From: Longimicrobiales bacterium
GTDB taxonomy: Bacteria > Gemmatimonadota > Gemmatimonadetes > Longimicrobiales > Gaopeijiaceae
DNA length: 64,000 nucleotides
Reading direction: 5' to 3'
Assembly (NCBI GenBank): GCA_965219445.1
Contig: CBDCNQ010000005.1
Location: 928,001 to 992,000 of the forward strand
Shown here: piece by piece, positions 60,473 to 64,000 of the stretch
Position numbering within the stretch: the first letter of the stretch is position 1
Layout of the letters: each line of letters opens with the position of its first letter
Notes under the pieces: model-generated
The model's database searches: none
Told to the model about the DNA's origin: nothing
Seen by the model: only the letters and a program-made list of their open reading frames with translations
Made by a program: the position numbers and the translations under genes

Positions 60473-61977
60473 TGCCGAACAACCACACCCAGCAGATCGT
60501 CAACAAGGCCTGGAGCTTCGCTCACGTCCTGAGAGACGACGGGCTCTCCTATATGGCCTACACGGAGCAGATCACTTTCCTGCTCTTCCTGAAGATGGCC
60601 CACGAGCAAACCCAGCCGCCCTGGAACCGGGCCCCAATCGTTCCTGTGGGCATGGACTGGCCGAGCTTACTGACACGCGATGGCTGGGAGTTGGAGTTGC
60701 ACTACCGACACATCCTACGGGAGCTCGGTACACAGTCGGGGATGCTCGGAGAAATCTTCAAGAAAGCACGACAGGAGATTCAGAACCCTGCGACCCTGAA
60801 GCGGCTGATCGTCGATCTTATCGATCCCGAGAGTTGGATGTCGATGCAGGCCGACGTAAAGGGCGACATCTATGAGGGGTTGCTTTCGAAGTCTGCTCAG
60901 GAATCACCGAAGGGGGCCGGTCAGTACTTCACCCCTCGTCAGCTGATTAAGGGCATCGTGGACGTGATGCAGCCACGTCCCGATGATACCGTTTGCGACC
61001 CTGCGTGCGGGACCGGAGGCTTTCTGCTTGCCGTCCACGAATATGTCGTCCGAGAACACGGCACGGAACTGGATCCCGACCAGAAGCGACATCTCCGCGA
61101 AGGCTTTGTGCATGGCTGGGAACTGGTCCCGGCGACCGCTCGCCTTGGGATCATGAACTTGTACCTGCACGGGATCGACGCCGATCCGTGCCCTATCCGT
61201 TCGGGTGTTGACAGCCTCGCGAGCGACCCTGGTGAACGGTTCTCAGTGGTACTCACAAATCCGCCGTTTGGGACGAGGAGCAGTATCCAGATCGTGAACG
61301 AAGCGGGAGGGCTGGAGAGTGAGGCTCACGCCTACGAGCGCCAGGACTTCTGGGCCACCACGAAGAACAAGCAGCTCAACTTCCTTCAGCATGTGAAGAC
61401 GCTGCTCAGCATCCATGGCCGGTGCGCCATCGTCATGCCCGACAACGTCCTGTTCGAGGGTGGTGCGGGTGAGACCGTCCGCAAGAACATGCTTCAGCAG
61501 TTCGATGTGCACACGCTGCTCCGCCTCCCAACAGGCCTGTTCTACGCGCAGGGCGTGAAGGCGAACGTGCTGTTCTTCGACAGGAAGCCTGCACGGGAGC
61601 AGGCATGGACCGAACAGCTGTGGGTCTATGACCTCCGCACGAATAAGCATTTCACGCTGAAGACGAAGCCGTTGCAGCGCTCGGACCTCGACGACTTCGT
61701 GGACTGCTACAGGGCAGGTCGACGACGCGAACGCGAGAATACTTGGAGCGAAGGGAATCCAAAGGGCCGGTGGCGGTCGTTCAGCTATGAGGAACTGCTA
61801 AAGCGGGACAAGCTCAACCTCGACATCTTCTGGCTAAGGGACGAATCACTGGAGGACAGCGAGAACCTGCCTGAGCCTGAGGTGCTGGCTGCCGAGATCG
61901 TGGAAGACTTAAATGCTGCGTTGGAAGCGTTCCAAGCCATTGCCCAAGAGCTTGAGTCGTCAGGAAACACTGTATGA
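60469..61977 (+). CDS. hsdM: Type I methyltransferase subunit
   Basis: GQYFTPR, DPACGTGG, TNPPF. Confidence 0.95.
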   Translation: MMPNNHTQQIVNKAWSFAHVLRDDGLSYMAYTEQITFLLFLKMAHEQTQPPWNRAPIVPVGMDWPSLLTRDGWELELHYRHILRELGTQSGMLGEIFKKARQEIQNPATLKRLIVDLIDPESWMSMQADVKGDIYEGLLSKSAQESPKGAGQYFTPRQLIKGIVDVMQPRPDDTVCDPACGTGGFLLAVHEYVVREHGTELDPDQKRHLREGFVHGWELVPATARLGIMNLYLHGIDADPCPIRSGVDSLASDPGERFSVVLTNPPFGTRSSIQIVNEAGGLESEAHAYERQDFWATTKNKQLNFLQHVKTLLSIHGRCAIVMPDNVLFEGGAGETVRKNMLQQFDVHTLLRLPTGLFYAQGVKANVLFFDRKPAREQAWTEQLWVYDLRTNKHFTLKTKPLQRSDLDDFVDCYRAGRRRERENTWSEGNPKGRWRSFSYEELLKRDKLNLDIFWLRDESLEDSENLPEPEVLAAEIVEDLNAALEAFQAIAQELESSGNTV

Positions 61978-62222
61978 AGGACAAGACCATCTTCGAGGAT
62001 AGGTCTTCCGGGCTCGAGCGAAATGCCGCCGCGTGAACGCACCTTTACCCCCGCTTCTGGGGAAGCCTCGCTCTCCTAGTAGGAGGAGTAGGTCAAGTAT
62101 CCCCTGAAGGCTCAACGCTCACCTGTCCATCAACCTGGGACAGCCCCAGGGGTACCCGTACATGTCCACCATCCTTTTCGGCATCGCCGTCGTCATCCTA
62201 ATCGCGCAGTTGGCGGGAGGCG

Positions 62223-62930
62223 GTGCAGGACATCGCCCGTACGACCGACGAGGTACGGCGGGCCTATGTCGACCCACTGGCCCGCCCGCCTGCGGGGTCC
62301 GACGACATCGACGAGCGGATCTTTAACCCCTGCATCGCTGCTGGGATCGCACGCAATTCCGAGCTGGACGGCGTCACGCCCTGGGAGATCCGCAGCATCT
62401 ATCCGGAGACCTACGATCCGCTCGTGGCCCAGATGCGGGCAAACGTGGCGCCGATGCTGGCGGAGTTCGGCGACGACGCGGGCGCCAGGAACATCCTTCT
62501 CGACAGGTTCCGTGACGACTGTATCCGGGGCGCGCGCGGGGAGACGGAGATCGTGGACTGGTCCGAGGCCGAAGTCCGCGAGTTGTTGTCGCTCTCGCAA
62601 CAGGAGGCCACTCAGTACGAGATTCCACTGCTCAATGTAAATGGCGAACCGTATTTCCCCGGCGAGCGGTGCGACTCCCCTTGGATCGAGCACACACCCA
62701 TCGCACCCATCGCATCCTGGATGGACCCGTCAGACATCGGATGGCTCTGCGAATCCGCCCCGGCGAGTGAGTACGTCTCAACTCCCGGCTCCGCGCGGTT
62801 CTGCTACACGACTGGCTGGGAGCGAGGCTGGGAGCAGGGCTTTTTCGGGTGCGAATCCGCTCCCGACGCTCGACAGCGAGCGCTACGCAACAATGCCGAT
62901 TGGTTGCAGGGGTGGACGAGGAGCCAATGA
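62223..62930 (+). CDS. Hypothetical Cys/Trp-rich protein, possibly exported
   Basis: 235-aa ORF; hydrophobic leader MSTILFGIAVVILIAQ at 62162 is in another frame. Confidence 0.45.
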   Translation: MQDIARTTDEVRRAYVDPLARPPAGSDDIDERIFNPCIAAGIARNSELDGVTPWEIRSIYPETYDPLVAQMRANVAPMLAEFGDDAGARNILLDRFRDDCIRGARGETEIVDWSEAEVRELLSLSQQEATQYEIPLLNVNGEPYFPGERCDSPWIEHTPIAPIASWMDPSDIGWLCESAPASEYVSTPGSARFCYTTGWERGWEQGFFGCESAPDARQRALRNNADWLQGWTRSQ

Positions 62931-63032
62931 CATGAGCCACCCGAGCAGCCGCGCCGCGGTGACCGCTCGCCCGATCGTCCTGGCCGCCGCGCTGTTGTGG
63001 GCCGTCCCGGGCCGCCCAAGGGCTGGGCGGCA

Positions 63033-63215
63033 CCCGGCAGGCGCTCTCGGAGTCGGTGAACGGGCGAACGAGGATCTCGGTCGAGACGGCGATCCGGCTG
63101 TCGAAGGCCTTCGGCTCGGCGCCCGAGACTTGGCTGGGGATGCAGATGGCCTACGATCTTCTGGCAGGCCCGCGACCGCGCCGAGGAGATCGCGGTGGAG
63201 CGCTTTGTGTCGGCG
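63033..63215 (+). pseudogene. higA: Degenerate higA 3' copy
   Basis: Aligns to ~55790-55970 with a 1-bp insertion. Confidence 0.8.
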
Positions 63216-63340
63216 GGGAGCTCGAACCGTCACGAGACGATATGGAATGAGGCATTCCGACGCCTCACGCGACGTCTTCGGCGCGGGAGCGGGCTGCGGC
63301 CGAGCCTCCAGATCTCTCCGTTTCTGCGTGTTGCTCCCGT

Positions 63341-63462
63341 AAACCCAGCGGGTAACGCGACTTACGACGTTCGGACACACCATGTGATACACGCAGCCCG
63401 TAGGGTGTAGCCAAGTCATTGTCCCATCGGGACTTGCGAACACTGATCCCTGCTTCCCGCTC
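63341..63462 (+). repeat. Second attR-like end
   Basis: Homologous to 35597..35718; core CTTCCCGCTC at 63453-63462. Confidence 0.9.
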
Positions 63463-63906
63463 CGGCTGCCGGTCGCGCTGGACGCCCGGCGTGCCGTTTT
63501 CGTCTACCTCGATCCGGGCCACGAGACAGCGACGGCACTCCGCTCCTGGGGCGCGGCGCACCGCGAACTCTGGAAGGCGCTCTGGGATCGCGGCTGCGGG
63601 ATCGAGGTCGTGGCCATCGTCCGGACACCGGAGGAGGACAGCCGGGCGGAGACCGTGCTCGCCAACTGGGCGCGGGATCCCCGCCCCTCCGAATTCGACC
63701 ACGGGATCGGCCGCGAGATCGACCTTATCGACCAGGCCATCATCAAGGGGGATGTCCCGGTCCTGATGGAGTACGGAGGCTTGCAGGCCGCCATGAAGCG
63801 CAGCGTCGCGCTGACGAAGCGGGCGCGCAGGCAGGCAGGGCGGGGGCTGATGCAACGCACCGACACCTGGCGGACGGTTCGGCTCGCGGGGGCACGCTTC
63901 CGATGA
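63454..63906 (+). pseudogene. C-terminal half of a second split wHTH homologue
   Basis: FPLRLPVALDARRAVFVYLDPG..., homologous to 35710..36177. Confidence 0.85.
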
Positions 63907-63933
63907 GAAGCCCACGCCTTGTGCCGTACTGGA

Positions 63934-63988
63934 GCGTGCATGAGACGTTGGGGGTCGATGCACACAATGCACCCCTGAAGATGCGCAC
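63934..63988 (+). repeat. Iteron module, type C (hairpin would lie beyond the window)
   Basis: GCGTGCAT 63934, GATGCACAC 63957, GATGCGCAC 63980. Confidence 0.65.
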
Positions 63989-64000
63989 ACGCCGGATTCA

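Noticed and set aside
63446..63463. tRNA-Gly gene
   Set aside because: Only the 3' acceptor-like stretch matches; no D, anticodon or GTTCGA T-loop.

Overview
GC-rich bacterial window that is almost entirely accessory DNA, made of nested and partly decayed integrative elements. (1) An ICE-like element at ~310-12790 carries a tyrosine integrase, an HTH/Xis-like gene, a wHTH/PD-(D/E)XK relaxase candidate, ardC, a compact virB2-3-4-9-10-5-6 T4SS and a Cro/AlpA regulator. Its virB8-to-virB11 segment is deleted. (2) A 2.47-kb inverted second copy of virB10'-virB5-virB6-virB8' continues into an intact virB8 and a wHTH gene. (3) That wHTH gene is split by a 12.5-kb P4-type-integrase element with a 13-bp direct repeat. 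A second, related element end sits at the same F-P-L codons of a homologue at 63.45 kb. (4) A conserved non-coding module recurs downstream of this wHTH gene family. It has 23-bp-spaced iteron-like motifs plus a ~90-bp branched hairpin closed by GGGAGCGACCCC/GGGGTCGCTCCC, and occurs in three co-varying sequence types. (5) Defence cargo includes two mosaic single-polypeptide R-M genes with a Type ISP-like C-terminus (each followed by a different putative RNase), McrBC plus an extra PD-(D/E)XK nuclease, a Type I R-M operon, HigBA, DUF433/DUF5615, and remnants of AbiE, MNT and NYN genes. (6) ColE1-like mob modules, IS3 and IS256 elements, and a Sel1-repeat protein and Calx-beta autotransporter are also present. 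No rRNA, tRNA or CRISPR array was seen. All family assignments are from motif recognition by eye, not database searches.
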